DNA from: Octopus vulgaris
Taxonomy: Eukaryota
Reading direction: 5' to 3'
DNA length: 64,000 nucleotides
Assembly: GCA_951406725.2 (NCBI GenBank)
Contig: OX597820.1
Coordinates: forward strand, 35,650,001 to 35,714,000
Both the position numbers and the translations under genes were made by a program. Position 1 is the stretch's first letter. Every line of letters starts with the position of its first letter. Under the pieces are notes generated by a model. It was given only the letters and a program-made list of their open reading frames with translations. It did not search any database and was not told the origin of the DNA. Below, in pieces: positions 1-13,392 of the stretch.

Positions 1-346
1 GATGTGTGCTAATGTTCGCGATGGATTTTAGAGTAAAAACATAAATCGGAATAACAGAATATCACAATCTGTCGACCTTCAGGTCGACAGATTGGAAAAT
101 TACAAGTTCTTATATTAAATTTGAGATTGTAGCCGACATACAAGGGATTATAGGTGACGAAAATACATTAAACGCTTGCAAAACATGCTGGTTGTTGACC
201 TACTTTTAAAATATTGCTAAGATAAAAGTAATAGTCATTTAAATTGATGAAACATATCTATTCACAACAAACACCCGTGCAAACATATACATACATACGT
301 TTGTATTTACATATATATTATATATTTATATACATATACACGCACG

Positions 347-392
<46 letters not shown>

Positions 393-444
393 TGCATATA
401 TGTGTGTATGTATGTATATATGTATATATATGTGTATATATATG

Positions 445-864
<420 letters not shown>

Positions 865-865
865 C

Positions 866-908
<43 letters not shown>

Positions 909-1198
909 CATGTATGTATGTATGTATATGTATATATATATATATGTATGTATGTATGTATGTGTGTAAATATGTATGTATCTGTTTATGTACGTATGTA
1001 TGTAAACATATATATATATGTATGAATATAAAAATGTATGCAAATATACGTATATGTCTGTGTGTGTGCGTGTGCGTATTAAAATGAAATTTTCCCTAAT
1101 CTATGTGTTACACGTGAAAAGTTGATTTCATTTCTAGGATCAAATAATTAAGGTCACGCGACCGGTTTGTTGAATATTGGTGAGGGCTGACTGTAGAT

Positions 1199-2028
1199 TT
1201 GAGGGACAGTGGAAATGTCGGCGGTAGTTGTGGTGTCGGTGGTGGTGATAGTAATGTTGGTGGTGATGATTGTTGCTATGGTTATTGTTGTGGTTGTTGT
1301 AGTGTTTGCTGTGGTAGTGTCGGCTGTGGTGTTGGTGGTGGTGGTGGTGGTGGTGGTGGTGGTTATGGTGATGTTGTTTGTAGTGGTTGTGGTAGTGGTT
1401 GTAGTGGTGGTTGTGGTGGTTGTGGTGGTTGTGATGGCGGTGATTGTGGTGGTAGTTGTGATTGTGATGGTTGTCGGTGGTGTTTACTTACAGGTGGTGG
1501 TGGTGCTGATGGTGATAGCAGTGATTGTGGTTGTACTGGTTGTAGTGGTTGTGGCGGTAATGGCAGTGGTGTTTGTGGCATTAGTAGTGGTGGTAGTGGT
1601 AGCGGCGGTGGTTGTGGTGGTCGTGGTAGTGGTAGTGGTGCCGTTTGTGGTGATGGTTGTAGGGATGGTGTTGATAGTGGTGGTAGTAATAAAGGTGATG
1701 GTTGGTAGTATTCGTAACAAATGGAGTAGTGGTGGTGGCGAGGGTCGTGTGGCAGTGGTGTAGGTGGTGACGGTAGTAAAGGTGGTGGTTTTCTAGGTGG
1801 TGGTGATGATGGTTCCAATGTTGCTGAAGGTGATAATGGTGGTGGTGGTGGTGGTGGTGGTGGTGGCGATCGTGGTGACTATGGTGTTGGTGATGATGAT
1901 AGTGGTGGAGGTGATGGTGGTGATGGTGTTGTTGGTGATGGTGGTGATGGTGGCGATGGTGGTGATGATGGTGATGATGGTGGTGTTGGTGATGGTGGTG
2001 GTGATGGTGGTGGCGATGGTGATGGTGT

Positions 2029-2059
<31 letters not shown>

Positions 2060-2250
2060 AAGGGTGGGTTGATGGTAGTCATGGTGGTGATAGTGTTGGT
2101 CTTGTGATGGTAGTGATGATGGTGATGTTGATGGTGGTGATGTTGATGGTGGTGATGGTGTTGGTGATGTGATGGGGGGGAGAGTGATGGTGGCGACGGA
2201 ACCCGTTTTACTGAAGCTGGGGGCGGTGGTGCAGTGGTGCTCGTGATGTA
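1199..2250. repeat. Degenerate (GGT/GAT/GTT)n trinucleotide low-complexity tract
   Basis: About 1 kb of GGT-based triplets. Several frames on both strands are open and give poly-G/V/T/P products. Confidence 0.9.
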
Positions 2251-2839
2251 TACATTAGCTATGTCTATCTATTTCGTCCTTATCACACGTTCATTTAGAT
2301 TAAATTTCCAAAAGAAACTCAGACAACGCTGATAAGAGACCTTCAAGGGTATAGGTATATCGGGTACATTAATTAGTGCATTGGTGCACTGCACTGGTGC
2401 GCCGGTGCATTTTACATTTGTTCATTTGTTGCCACTTGTAAACGGAAATAACATACTGCGCAATTTTTCTTAATATTGTTTTTGTTGTTCTCATTAATGT
2501 GGCTGTTGTTGTTGTTGGCTGCTGTTACTCTTTCCTCTTAAATCAACCCTGACCGAGCAGACACATGGTCAAAATAATTCCTGCTTTCCATGACCATCCT
2601 GTCTTTTATCCAGACATAACGCAATCAGTACTACGTCATCCAGTGCAACTTTCTGTTTTTTTCCACTCGAAGAGAGATTTGCCGAAGGATTGCCTGTTAT
2701 TTCTAGCAGGTTGAACGATCTGATAGAATATATTTGATTAATTCTGAATGAACCCAACTCCAGAACTTAATTGCTGCTTGTTTTTTTTTTATATATATAT
2801 TTCTTTTTTTGGCCACGTAATTATGAAACGTAAAGCTAG

Positions 2840-3045
2840 CCCTTATTCCCCATCTGGATGGGACGCCGGTCCGTCGTAGGGTTGCGCATTTTTACCAGCT
2901 GAGTGAACTAGAGCAACGTGAAATGAAGGGTTTTTTTGTTTTTTGTTTTTTGGCTTTTTTTCAAGAACACAACGCGTCGCCCGGTCCAGAAATTGAAGCC
3001 ACAATCTTACAGTCATGACTTCAACACCCTAGTTACTAAGCCATG
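2840..3045 (-). mobile_element. tRNA-derived SINE, family B (degenerate)
   Basis: Reverse complement of the 4602-4860 element (GGATGGGACGCCGGTCCGTCGTAGG; CAGCTGAGTGAACTAGAGCAACGTGAAATGAAG). Confidence 0.75.
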
Positions 3046-3122
3046 CACTGGCCCTATGCTTCCTACGGAGTGATGTGGATTAACCAAAACCTGCGGGACT
3101 TGAAATCAGAACCCCATTTTTC

Positions 3123-3178
<56 letters not shown>

Positions 3179-3183
3179 CTATC

Positions 3184-3232
<49 letters not shown>

Positions 3233-3427
3233 TTATTTATCTCTTTCTTTCTCTCCCTTGTCTCCGTCACTAGCATCATTTATCTAACTGCTTCCATCCA
3301 GCCATTTTTTTAATGCACAATCAATGTCCATCATATAAAGGTTGCATATCTCTTTTTTATTAGATTTCATCCTCTTGATATCAGGATTTTAAACTATAAC
3401 GTGAACAATAGGTGTCTATGTGTGTAG

Positions 3428-3499
3428 TGTGTAGAACTCTACGTGTGTAGAACTCTACCCGTGTAGAACTCTACGTGTGTAGAATTCTACGTGTGTAGG
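3428..3499. repeat. Short tandem repeat, ~16-bp unit GTGTAGAACTCTACGT, about 4-5 copies
   Basis: Repeats read directly from the sequence. Confidence 0.8.
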
Positions 3500-3591
3500 A
3501 ACTGGGACAAGGCTACAAACAGGATATCCAGTTTCGCCAAGAAATAGGCTGCGCAGAAGTGGCAAACGCGTACATCGTCTTGAGATATATA

Positions 3592-4206
3592 CAGGATGGG
3601 CTAAAAGTCGCGCATCAAAACATTTGACATTTTATCTACATAGGCGCAGGAGTGGCTGTGTGGTAAGTAGCTTGCTAACCAACCACATGTTCAGTCCCAC
3701 TGCGTGGCTTCTTGGGCAAGTGTCTTCTGCTATAGCCCCGGGCCGACCAATGCCTTGTGAGTGGATTTGGTAGACGGAAACTGAAAGAAACCTGTCGTAT
3801 ATATGTATATATATGTATATATGTGTATGTGTGTGTTTGTGTGTGTTTGTCCCCCTAGCATTGCTTGACAACCGATGCTGGTGTGTTTACTTCCCCGTCA
3901 CTTAGCGGTTCGGCAAAGGAGACCGATAGAATAAGTACTGGGCTTACAAAGAATAAGTCCCGGGGTCGATTTGCTCGACTAAAGGCGGTGCTCCAGCATG
4001 GCCGCAGTCAAATGACTGAAACAAGTAAAAGAGTAAAGAGTATTACATTATTATTATTATTGTTATTATTCATTTTGCACATAATATGCAAGTTCGAGTG
4101 TGTTCGTCATTATATTATTTATTTTATTCAATTTTAGAAAAATTGAAGGATGTTTTTGGTAATTCCGCAACACATTGAACTTGTGCGTGACTTTTGGCCC
4201 ACCCTG
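3592..4206. mobile_element. Tc1/mariner-type MITE interrupted by a SINE
   Basis: Imperfect TIRs CAGGATGGGCTAAAAGTCGCGCA (3592) and TGCGTGACTTTTGGCCCACCCTG (ends 4206). TA on the left flank only. Confidence 0.6.
3641..4040 (+). mobile_element. tRNA-derived SINE, family A, near full length (dominant repeat of the window)
   Basis: Head GGCGCAGGAGTGGCTGTGTGGTAAG with degenerate A/B boxes, internal (TA)/(TG) tract, tail GACTGAAACAAGTAAAAGAGTAAAGAG. Many further copies, e.g. 7095, 18261, 22528, 26435, 34230, 40722, 44830-45918, 49468, 61070. Confidence 0.9.
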
Positions 4207-4601
4207 ACTGTCGTGCATTGCACCATTTTCTGTCAGACCAGATTCAAGCGTTTACTATTTCACTTCCTGCAAGAAGGACGAGTTCCTTTAGTTAGACTGT
4301 CCATCCCACTGCTACCATCCTCTCTGCGGTGGGCTCGGTGTACCGTGGGTGATAATATGCAAAACTGAACTGAGACTTCGGCATCTACAGAGATTCCTAG
4401 ATGATAATTTGGTGCAGTCGGCATTCGTCAGGCACTTGATTTTACAGCTCGTCTTTTGATGGTGCTGCAGTCCTAAGTCTATCGAAGACCAAATCTGAGT
4501 GCCTGGCTTCTGGCTTCTGGAATGTTGTCAGACGTTCGCAATCCAGTACCTGTCAGGAAATATAGTAGATAAAATTTCCTTTTTAGTATTCTATAGAGGG
4601 T

Positions 4602-4860
4602 GGAGGTGTGTGGCTTAGTGGTTAGGGTGTCAGCATCATGATCGTACGATTGTGATTTCGAATCCTGGACCAGGCGACGCGTTGTGTTCTTGAGCAAAAC
4701 ACTTCATTTCACGTTGCTCCAGTCCACTCAGCTGGCAAAAATGAGTAACGCTGCGATGGACTAGCGTCCCGTCCAGCTGGGGAACACATACGCCATAGAA
4801 ACCGGGAAACCGGGCCCATGAGCCTGGCTAGGCTTTAAAAGGGCGCATTTATTTATTATT
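4602..4860 (+). mobile_element. tRNA-derived SINE, family B, full length with TSD
   Basis: A box TGGCTTAGTGG, B-box-like TTTCGAATCC, (TTTA/TTA)n tail, and 13-bp TSD TATTCTATAGAGG at 4587-4599 and 4861-4873. Confidence 0.9.
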
Positions 4861-5871
4861 TATTCTATAGAGGATAGGATTTGGAAGAGCCACTACGTTC
4901 TCAAAGAAACTCTGAACTTCTGAAGTTTCACTTCGATTTTTTCAAATTCCACTTGAAGAAAAAGATAAGAAGGGAGAAGATGGTTCAGCCCACCAGTATA
5001 AATGGCCGCCCTTGAACCTGCATTTCTAGGAAAATGAATAATAGTTCTTGAGAAAAGTTGCTCTTGATGCAAGGTTTGTAGCAATTCTTGACTGGACCTA
5101 GGTTAGTGTCCTTTCCATCACTAGGAATATTTCTTTATTGTAGTTATTTTATTATTGACTATTATTCTTTTTATTTTACCCTATGTCTTTCAATTGGTAT
5201 AAACTATCACTATTTTGTATCCTTTTCCAAGTGCTTTTCCCAAAGTCATGGAGATTCGGGCAATAGGCTAAAATCATTATGCCTTAATTCATATTATTGT
5301 TGGAAACAGGGGCAAGATTTTTTTAGAATATTACGTGATATAGACTGCCATCCAGTCCCACCCTGTCTGCAAACATATTAACCTTTCGTCTGTTTACTCT
5401 ACAACGCTTCACTTACTAATGTGCCATGTGGTATTTTATTTCTCTCTTTACGTTCTGGTTTCAAAACACGCCAAGGCCAACACTTTGTCTTTCATGTTTT
5501 CGGTGGGGCTTGGACGTTAAAAAGCGTACTCATCCAGGAATGTGGATTGGCGGAATAGTAAAAGAACATCAAATCAGATGCCTTGCGGTATTTTTTTTTT
5601 TCGGTTTTTGCGTTGAGTTCAAATCACGTGGTAGCTTACTTGAGTAGTGGACTTAATATATCTCGGTTGAACACCACCATTCGACAACCTGGGTACTTTT
5701 AAGAAAGTTCACTGTGAGCAAGACTTCGAGTCAGGTTTCCAGTTTGAGGATACCTTCTTCCCTTCCTCCCAGACCACTAGGAGGCTCTGTATTGAGTCAG
5801 GCATTGCTCCACACCCTGACAAAAACGAGAACATACATTTATATGTGAAAGTGTGTGTGTATGTATGTGCA

Positions 5872-5928
<57 letters not shown>

Positions 5929-6134
5929 AGCCTTAATCGTTATATAATGAACTAGGCGGCTTTCCAGCAAGTTTATTCATGCATTTATTTATTTTGCGAT
6001 AAAATATACCGATTTTGTGTATGACGCATTCAAAGACAGCTTCATAATTTTCAAATGAGTTAAGCAAAATTCTGAATCAGGTTCCAAGCGATTACGAAAT
6101 TTCAGAAGCTTTATTTAGAATACAGATACATATC

Positions 6135-6210
<76 letters not shown>

Positions 6211-6251
6211 GTATACATACATACATGCACACAACATACACACACACACAC

Positions 6252-6291
<40 letters not shown>

Positions 6292-6347
6292 CATACTATA
6301 TATATATATAAATATATATGTATACATACATGTATGCGCGTGTGTGG

Positions 6348-6407
<60 letters not shown>

Positions 6408-6775
6408 ACGCGTGTGTATGTGTATTTGTATGTATGTATGAATGTATGTTTTTACCAAAGTACAGTGATATAGTTACGTAAGCCCTGCTGCAGTAAAACT
6501 AAAAGAGGGATAGAAAAAATACAAGCAAACACACCCACCCACCCACACTCACATACACACATATACACACACACACCCCACACACGTACTAAATATAAAA
6601 CAGCTATTAATATCATCTAGGTAATTACCATTTCGTAAAGTTTCCAAAAATATCAACATTTTTATCATTATTGTTGTTGTTGCTGCTGCTTTTAAGCAAT
6701 CACCTTTATATATAGACTATTTCTCACACCTAGTACTAGTTAGCTAATTAAGTGTAATGAGGACTACTGCTGTTT

Positions 6776-6807
<32 letters not shown>

Positions 6808-7254
6808 TTGTTGTTGTTTCTGCTCATGCTGCAGCAGCACCGCCCCCCGAATTGGCAGCTCTGAATAGAACAGACATCTATAATTAGTTACGATTCAGCC
6901 TTGACACACACACACGACGGCTAGAAATAATTATGATCTACATTGTTCAATGCGTCCTTCTGTGATTTGAAAATAAATGAATAAATAAAATAAAACGAAA
7001 AATAGAGGGGTTTAGCTGTTATTACTAGAAATTCGAAGAACCGTAACATTGGTTTGTACCGTTGCCACAAGACGGTTTCACTATATTATGCGTAGGCATT
7101 GTTGAGCAGTAAGAAGCTTGCTTCCCAGCCACGTGGTCGCGGGTTCAATGCTACTACGTGGCACCTTATGTAAGTGTTTTCTACTCTAGCCCCGGGCCGA
7201 CCAAAGCCTTATGAGTGGATCTGGTAGACGGAAACTGAAAATAACCCCATCGTG

Positions 7255-7329
<75 letters not shown>

Positions 7330-7387
7330 CTTATCGAACATCAGCATGCAACTAAAGAGCAGTAATACGGCTTGCGTGCAAGCGTGG

Positions 7388-7977
7388 AAGTTAAACTAGG
7401 AGACTGGTCAATATAAAAATCGGCAAAGGATTGGCGCCCCAAGAAAAACGACGGCGCAGTTGGACCGTCGAATCCACCGACTTTCGGAAGGCAACCGAAT
7501 GCTGACAGCCGTTGACATTTGTAAACAATTGTCCATCGAGAATGGTGTTATTTTTACACCACAAACCGTCAGCAACCGTTTGAGAGAATTTGGACAACAT
7601 GGACGAATCGCTAGGAAAAAGCCAATAATATCCAAAAGAAATCAACTCAAACGCCTTAATTTCTCAAAATGCTATGCTTAATGGACTGCCGAAGATTGGT
7701 GCAGGGATCTTTGGAGTGACGAGTCACGCTTCTGTATATTTGGATCAGATGGTAAAGCATACGTCAGACGTCGCCCAACCGAGGAATTCCATCCGAAATG
7801 CGTGAAAAAGACGGCGCAAGCGGGGGAGGGATGGTGTGGGCGGCATTTAGTAGCTTTGGTGTTGGCGCTCTAGTTAAAGTTGAAGGAAAGCTAAATAGTG
7901 AAGGTTATATGAATCTACTAAAGGATAATGTTGTGTCATATTTGACTCACCAAATGCCTCCAGGGGCTATTTATCAG
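7388..7977 (+). pseudogene. Tc1-family transposase fragment
   Basis: Translation gives GAPRKTT (GRPR-like), an HTH_Tnp_Tc3_2-like segment RLREFGQHGRIARKKP, then LWSDESRF (first catalytic D), YVRRRP and GGGMVWAAFS...YMNLLKDNV. One stop and one frameshift. Ends before the QQDN motif. Confidence 0.92.
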
Positions 7978-8028
7978 GGTCAATAAATTAAGTACCGGTT
8001 GAACACTGCGGTCGATGTAATCGGCACA

Positions 8029-8075
<47 letters not shown>

Positions 8076-9113
8076 GGTATTCCATTCAGTTTATGCCTAC
8101 ATGAGGCTACAGTAGAAGATATTTGCAGAACGGGTCGCGCAGTAAAGCAGAACACAAAACCAAGTGATTTGCAAAGTTAACTTAATCACTCGCGTACAGC
8201 GGGTAGCTGAATAATTATAGATATGATGGCCATTAAAGTGACTAGGGGCCTCGTTTCTAGCAAACAGAAATTAAACTAGTACTTCTTTTTGCTAATTCCG
8301 AGCTCTGCCCTTCAGTCTGTCATTCTACTTGAATTTCATTAATTTCGAAGTAAGAGTGATTTGGGCAATGTGTCCTAAATAAGGGGTCGAAGGTTGAAAG
8401 GCGGGAGTACTAGTCTTTACTCTGTTGTATTTTTTTTCTCGTTAAACCCTAATCAACTTGTTTAAACAAGTCGGTCTCCTTAAGTTCGAAGTCAAGTTTT
8501 AATGTTATAATCGGTGTGAACTTTGATCGAAAGCAGTATTAAGCCGCTGATCATCTCGTGATTAATTTTAAGATATCATTTATCTTGGACAAGGCTATGA
8601 ACAAGATGTCCAGTTTCACCAAGAAATAAACTGGGAAGAGGTGACAAACGCGTACATCGTCTAACCAGTGTATACAATCACCTGGCCATCGTGCCCTACT
8701 CTATAATCTGTTATACCACATTCGAGATTTTGTTATTTCAGTTCTGACGAAAGAGCCACGATATCATTACAGTTTGAACACTTTTTATAATTGTAGTTCT
8801 GCTCGATCAGGACTCACCTACTTAGATTAGACGATGATGATGACAGGATAGGTGTGTGTATATATAAGTTCAGTCATATCTATGTGGATAAGAAGTTAAC
8901 TTCGTAACCTGTTGTTCCGAGTTCGCTCCTACTGTTTCGCACCTTGAACGAGTGTCTTGTACCATAGCTTCGGGCCTTGTGAGCGAATTTGGTGGACGAA
9001 AACTGTATAGAAGCCTATCGTATACAGATATGTGTGTCCATGTGCGTGTGTGCGTTTGTATATGTACGTGTGCATGACAGTGTGTGTATGTGTGCTAGTG
9101 TGTGTGCATGTGC

Positions 9114-9172
<59 letters not shown>

Positions 9173-9919
9173 CTTGTCATGACCGCTTGTCAACCGTCTT
9201 ACGTCTGCTTATGTTCCCCTAACTTAGCCGCTCGTCAAAAATTGACCCGATAGAATAAGTGAAATAAATACTTGGATCTGTTTGATGGACTAAAACCGTT
9301 CGGCGGGGTGCTCCAGCATGGCCGCAGTGCATGTCCTTCACCTCATATACACACACAATAAGATACCACTCAACTACTGGAGTCTGTATAATCCACTGTA
9401 TTCCTTGAAGCGTTGTATCTATATAAGAAAAAGACAGGATGGCCATAGCCGGAATGCCTCGAACCAATAATAGCTGACCGGTGGAGTGTACAGACTATGT
9501 ACACAGACATACTCACACTACCACGTACATGCATATATAACAAGCACACACGCACACACGTACATACACACATATCTGTATACGATAGGCTTCTGCGTAG
9601 TTTCCGCCAAACAGTTGCGCCCACAAGGCATTAGTTGGCCCGAACCTATACTAGAGGACAATTGTCCAAGATGCCAAACAGGAGGTGCGAACTCGAAACT
9701 ACGTGGTTACATGATGAATTTCTTATCCACAGGCTACAGGAAATAAGACACATGCCCAAGATGCCAAACGATGACATGAAACCGTGACCTTATGGTTGCA
9801 AAGCGAACTTTTTTTAACCACTCATGGTGGCTAATATACTCGACTTACTCTTCCTCTCAAAATTGCTGGCCCGGCACCTCTGTAATGACACTGTTTATTA
9901 AGTCCGATACTAGTGTACT

Positions 9920-10015
<96 letters not shown>

Positions 10016-10164
10016 GTGTGTGTGTAGGTGTATGTTGTACGAAGTATTTAGTGCTGAAGGCGATTAAGTTTTAATAACCACTCTAATCTAATCAGGATAT
10101 TTAACTAAAAGGAGATAAATAGTGAGTTCATATCTGTGAGGATATATAATGATTCACAATACTC

Positions 10165-10328
<164 letters not shown>

Positions 10329-10377
10329 ACATATATTTATGCATGCATGTAAATATATATATATATACACACACACA

Positions 10378-10421
<44 letters not shown>

Positions 10422-11689
10422 TTTACATATAGACATGCAGATATTTATGTGTGTGTGTATGTGTGTATACACACACACAAATACATATATTTAAATATGT
10501 ATACGTATATATATAATATATATATACATACATACATACATATACACACAGGAAGATAGATAGATATGTGTGTATGTGTACGTATTTTTGCTACACACAT
10601 ATATATATATATATACACACATATTTAGAAGCAAATATATATACATACACACATATACATATAGGCATGTATGCGTACATACGTACATGCACACACACAC
10701 ACACGCACATACACACGCACACACACACATACACATACATAATTATACATACATTTACATGAAAGTGTATCTTGGTCACTCGCTACATACTTCCTCGCCA
10801 GATTTCTTCAGAGATAAATGTTGATTTAATATAATAAGATTATCAATGTCGTCTCCAATGAGACTTAGAGCCATCTAGGTTTATTTAAAGACGCTCTTCA
10901 CTCGCTCTTTCCCAACATTTCAGTATATTGTTACCCAAATGCCGAATATCTAAATTAATCGCGGTATTATGACGCAGCAGATGTACGTGCAGACGACATT
11001 GAACGTTCGGATGAGGATGTCACATGTCTGGCGTAAGCTATGTGATGCATAGAGTGCGATACAAGAGGTGCAATGTATTATCTGAGGTGCGGGGTGTAGA
11101 GAGGGAAATGTGTGGTGTAAGATGAGAGATGTGACTAAACATTCGTGAGAGGAGATGAGTAAAGTTATCTGCTTAAGCATGCTGATTGAATAAAGACTAA
11201 GCGCTGTATTACACAATTTGCTAAATGGCATTTGCTCACCTTATATATATATACACCTCATACAAGTGTGTGTATGTGTGTGTGATTGGGGAAAGGTATG
11301 GCTGAGTGGTTAAAAGGTTTGCTTCCCAACCATGTGATCCATGGTTCCATACCGCTGTTTGGCGTCTTTGGTATGTGCTTATGTTTCTTTAGCCTCCACC
11401 TATGGAATCTATGTGTGAATCTATGCAGACGAGCTTTCACAATGTTTCTGTCTACGATAGTCACTCATAAAGCCTTGGTCAGCCCGGGGTTATAAAAGAA
11501 AAACAACTTCCTAAGGTGCCGCACAACGGAACAGGACCAGAAATTACGTGATTGCGAAGCGAACTTCTAACTTAACGAAAGCATGGTACAATCCATCTTT
11601 GTTTGAAAGTGAATGCTGTCTCCTTATAAACATTCCTCCATTTACCAGCTGAAGCTACATCCTTTACTTCACTAAAGATATTGTAAAGA

Positions 11690-11807
11690 AGCAAAGGAAC
11701 GAAGGAGGGTTTAACGTTTCGAGCGGAGCTCTTCGTCAGAAACATAGGAAAAGGAAAGATCCAAAGAAGGGAAGACGGAGGAAAAAATCGCCAACGGTAC
11801 ACACGCG
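11690..11807 (-). mobile_element. Penelope-type short repeat with a minimal hammerhead ribozyme
   Basis: Minus strand reads GTTT-CTGACGA-A-GAGC-TCC-GCTC-GAAA-CG-TT-AAAC (11709-11743): stem I GTTT/AAAC, stem II GAGC/GCTC, palindromic AACGTT stem III. Confidence 0.75.
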
Positions 11808-12290
11808 CCCGGATTTCTGAGTTTGCATTTAGTAATGCTTTGCCTCGTCAGTAGAATACACGCAGAAGAGAAACATGAATACATATATATTTATAAGCAC
11901 AAAATACGAATACTTACATATACGAACGTATACTTGATAAAATCGTTATTTTATTTTTAAATTAACGATCTTATCCTTATTTATATGAATTTAAATATAT
12001 TTCGTCACTGTATGTACTGCGGCGATATTTTGACCATATCTCACATGGAATTAAGCGGCGGGCATTTCGAACTGGCCGTGATGCATACGTGCATATATAT
12101 GTAGGTATATGTTCGTATATGTAAGTATTCGTATATTGTGCTTATATATTTATGTTTCTCTTTTGTGTGTATTCTACTGACGAGGCAAAGCATTACTAAA
12201 TGCAAAGTCAGAAATCCGGGATCTAGAATTATCCAGTAATTTTTTGCTAGTTTCATCTTGTCTCTTTATTTTCTCTCCGTGTTGATATAT
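11808..12290 (+). mobile_element. Inverted-repeat element with a type I hammerhead (Penelope pLTR-like)
   Basis: Arm 11808-11933 is the reverse complement of about 12105-12220. The plus arm continues past the point where the inverted arm stops. Confidence 0.75.
12171..12229 (+). ncRNA. Type I hammerhead ribozyme motif
   Basis: ATTCTA-CTGACGA-GGC...GTC-A-GAA-ATCCGGGAT-C-TAGAAT. Perfect 6-bp stem I, conserved CUGANGA and GAAA, near-palindromic stem III, AUC cleavage triplet ending at 12223. Confidence 0.7.
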
Positions 12291-12361
12291 GGACAATTAA
12301 GGTGGTTTTAGAGTCAGATCATGGCTGCTATTTTCAGCATGGTGGTATCTCGTAGATACCC

Positions 12362-12403
<42 letters not shown>

Positions 12404-12409
<6 letters not shown>

Positions 12410-12806
12410 CAAGAAGAAAATGGAGGAAATCCAGAGGTAGTATTCATCAGTTGTTAGACGTTATATTATGTGCATTTATTTATTTTTAACATTTCATATA
12501 ATATATGAATACATGTGTAGAATATTAGTAATTTCTAGAATACAGAAAAGAGAAAGAAAAGCAATTTCTTACAGATTTACAATACACTCAAAAGATAGAA
12601 ATATCGTATGGGGTACTGTGACCTCTTGGTTGAAACAGCTGTAAGGAATTGCTCTTTCTCTTTTCTGTATTCTAGAAATTACTAATACTTTAGACATGTA
12701 TTCATATATTATCTGAACTGTTTAAAATAAATAAATAGAAATAATATAACGTCTAACAACTGATGACTAATACCTCTGGATTCCCTCCATTTTCTTCTTG
12801 CCATAT
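12404..12806. repeat. Inverted repeat with ~170-bp diverged arms, Penelope-pLTR-like
   Basis: 12404-12575 is the approximate reverse complement of 12637-12806. The HHR-like remnant CTGTGA...GAAACAGCTGTA lies at 12616-12643. Confidence 0.7.
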
Positions 12807-13114
12807 AAATTAAGGGTAAAACCACTTATGACCCTCGCCTAATTATTATACTCAGTAGGGTAATTGCCACGCAATAACCAACAGTTGTGTATTAATAAGG
12901 TATTCTACCAGCAGTATATTGGATAGATGCTGTCTCTTAGTTGGTTGGATTCACAACCTCTAACTTACTGTGAACTTAATCCATCATCTGTTTTAACGAC
13001 ACCTACAACTGCGGTGCAGGCAGAGTCCACGCTGTTGTAGACTTTATAGAAGTAGACTCGTTCTCAAATAACACTCCTAGTCTCTGACACAATGCAAATA
13101 TTATTGAGCACTCG

Positions 13115-13269
13115 GTGCTTTTGCTGCTGCGCCGCCGCTTTGCTGCGTCACCGATGTGCTGCGCCGCCGCTGCGCCGCCGCTGTGCTGCACCGCCGCTGT
13201 GCTGCACCGCCGCTGTCCTGCGCTGCTGCTGCTGCTACTACTACTACTACTACTACTACTACTGTTACA

Positions 13270-13320
<51 letters not shown>

Positions 13321-13392
13321 GCTACTGTTACTACTACTACTACTACTACTACTACTGTTACAACTACTACTACCACTGCTACTACTACTACA
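13115..13392. repeat. Compound (GCT/GCC)n then (CTA)n microsatellite
   Basis: Read directly from the sequence. Confidence 0.9.

Noticed and set aside
1199-1818. Gly/Cys-rich ORF resembling a keratin-associated or cuticle protein, and the overlapping poly-Val/Pro/Thr ORFs
   Set aside because: Degenerate GGT triplet tract that is open in many frames on both strands, has a non-ATG start, and has no unique sequence.
4210-5090. Unique-looking sequence that might hold exons
   Set aside because: No recognisable protein motif in the frames examined, and stops are frequent.
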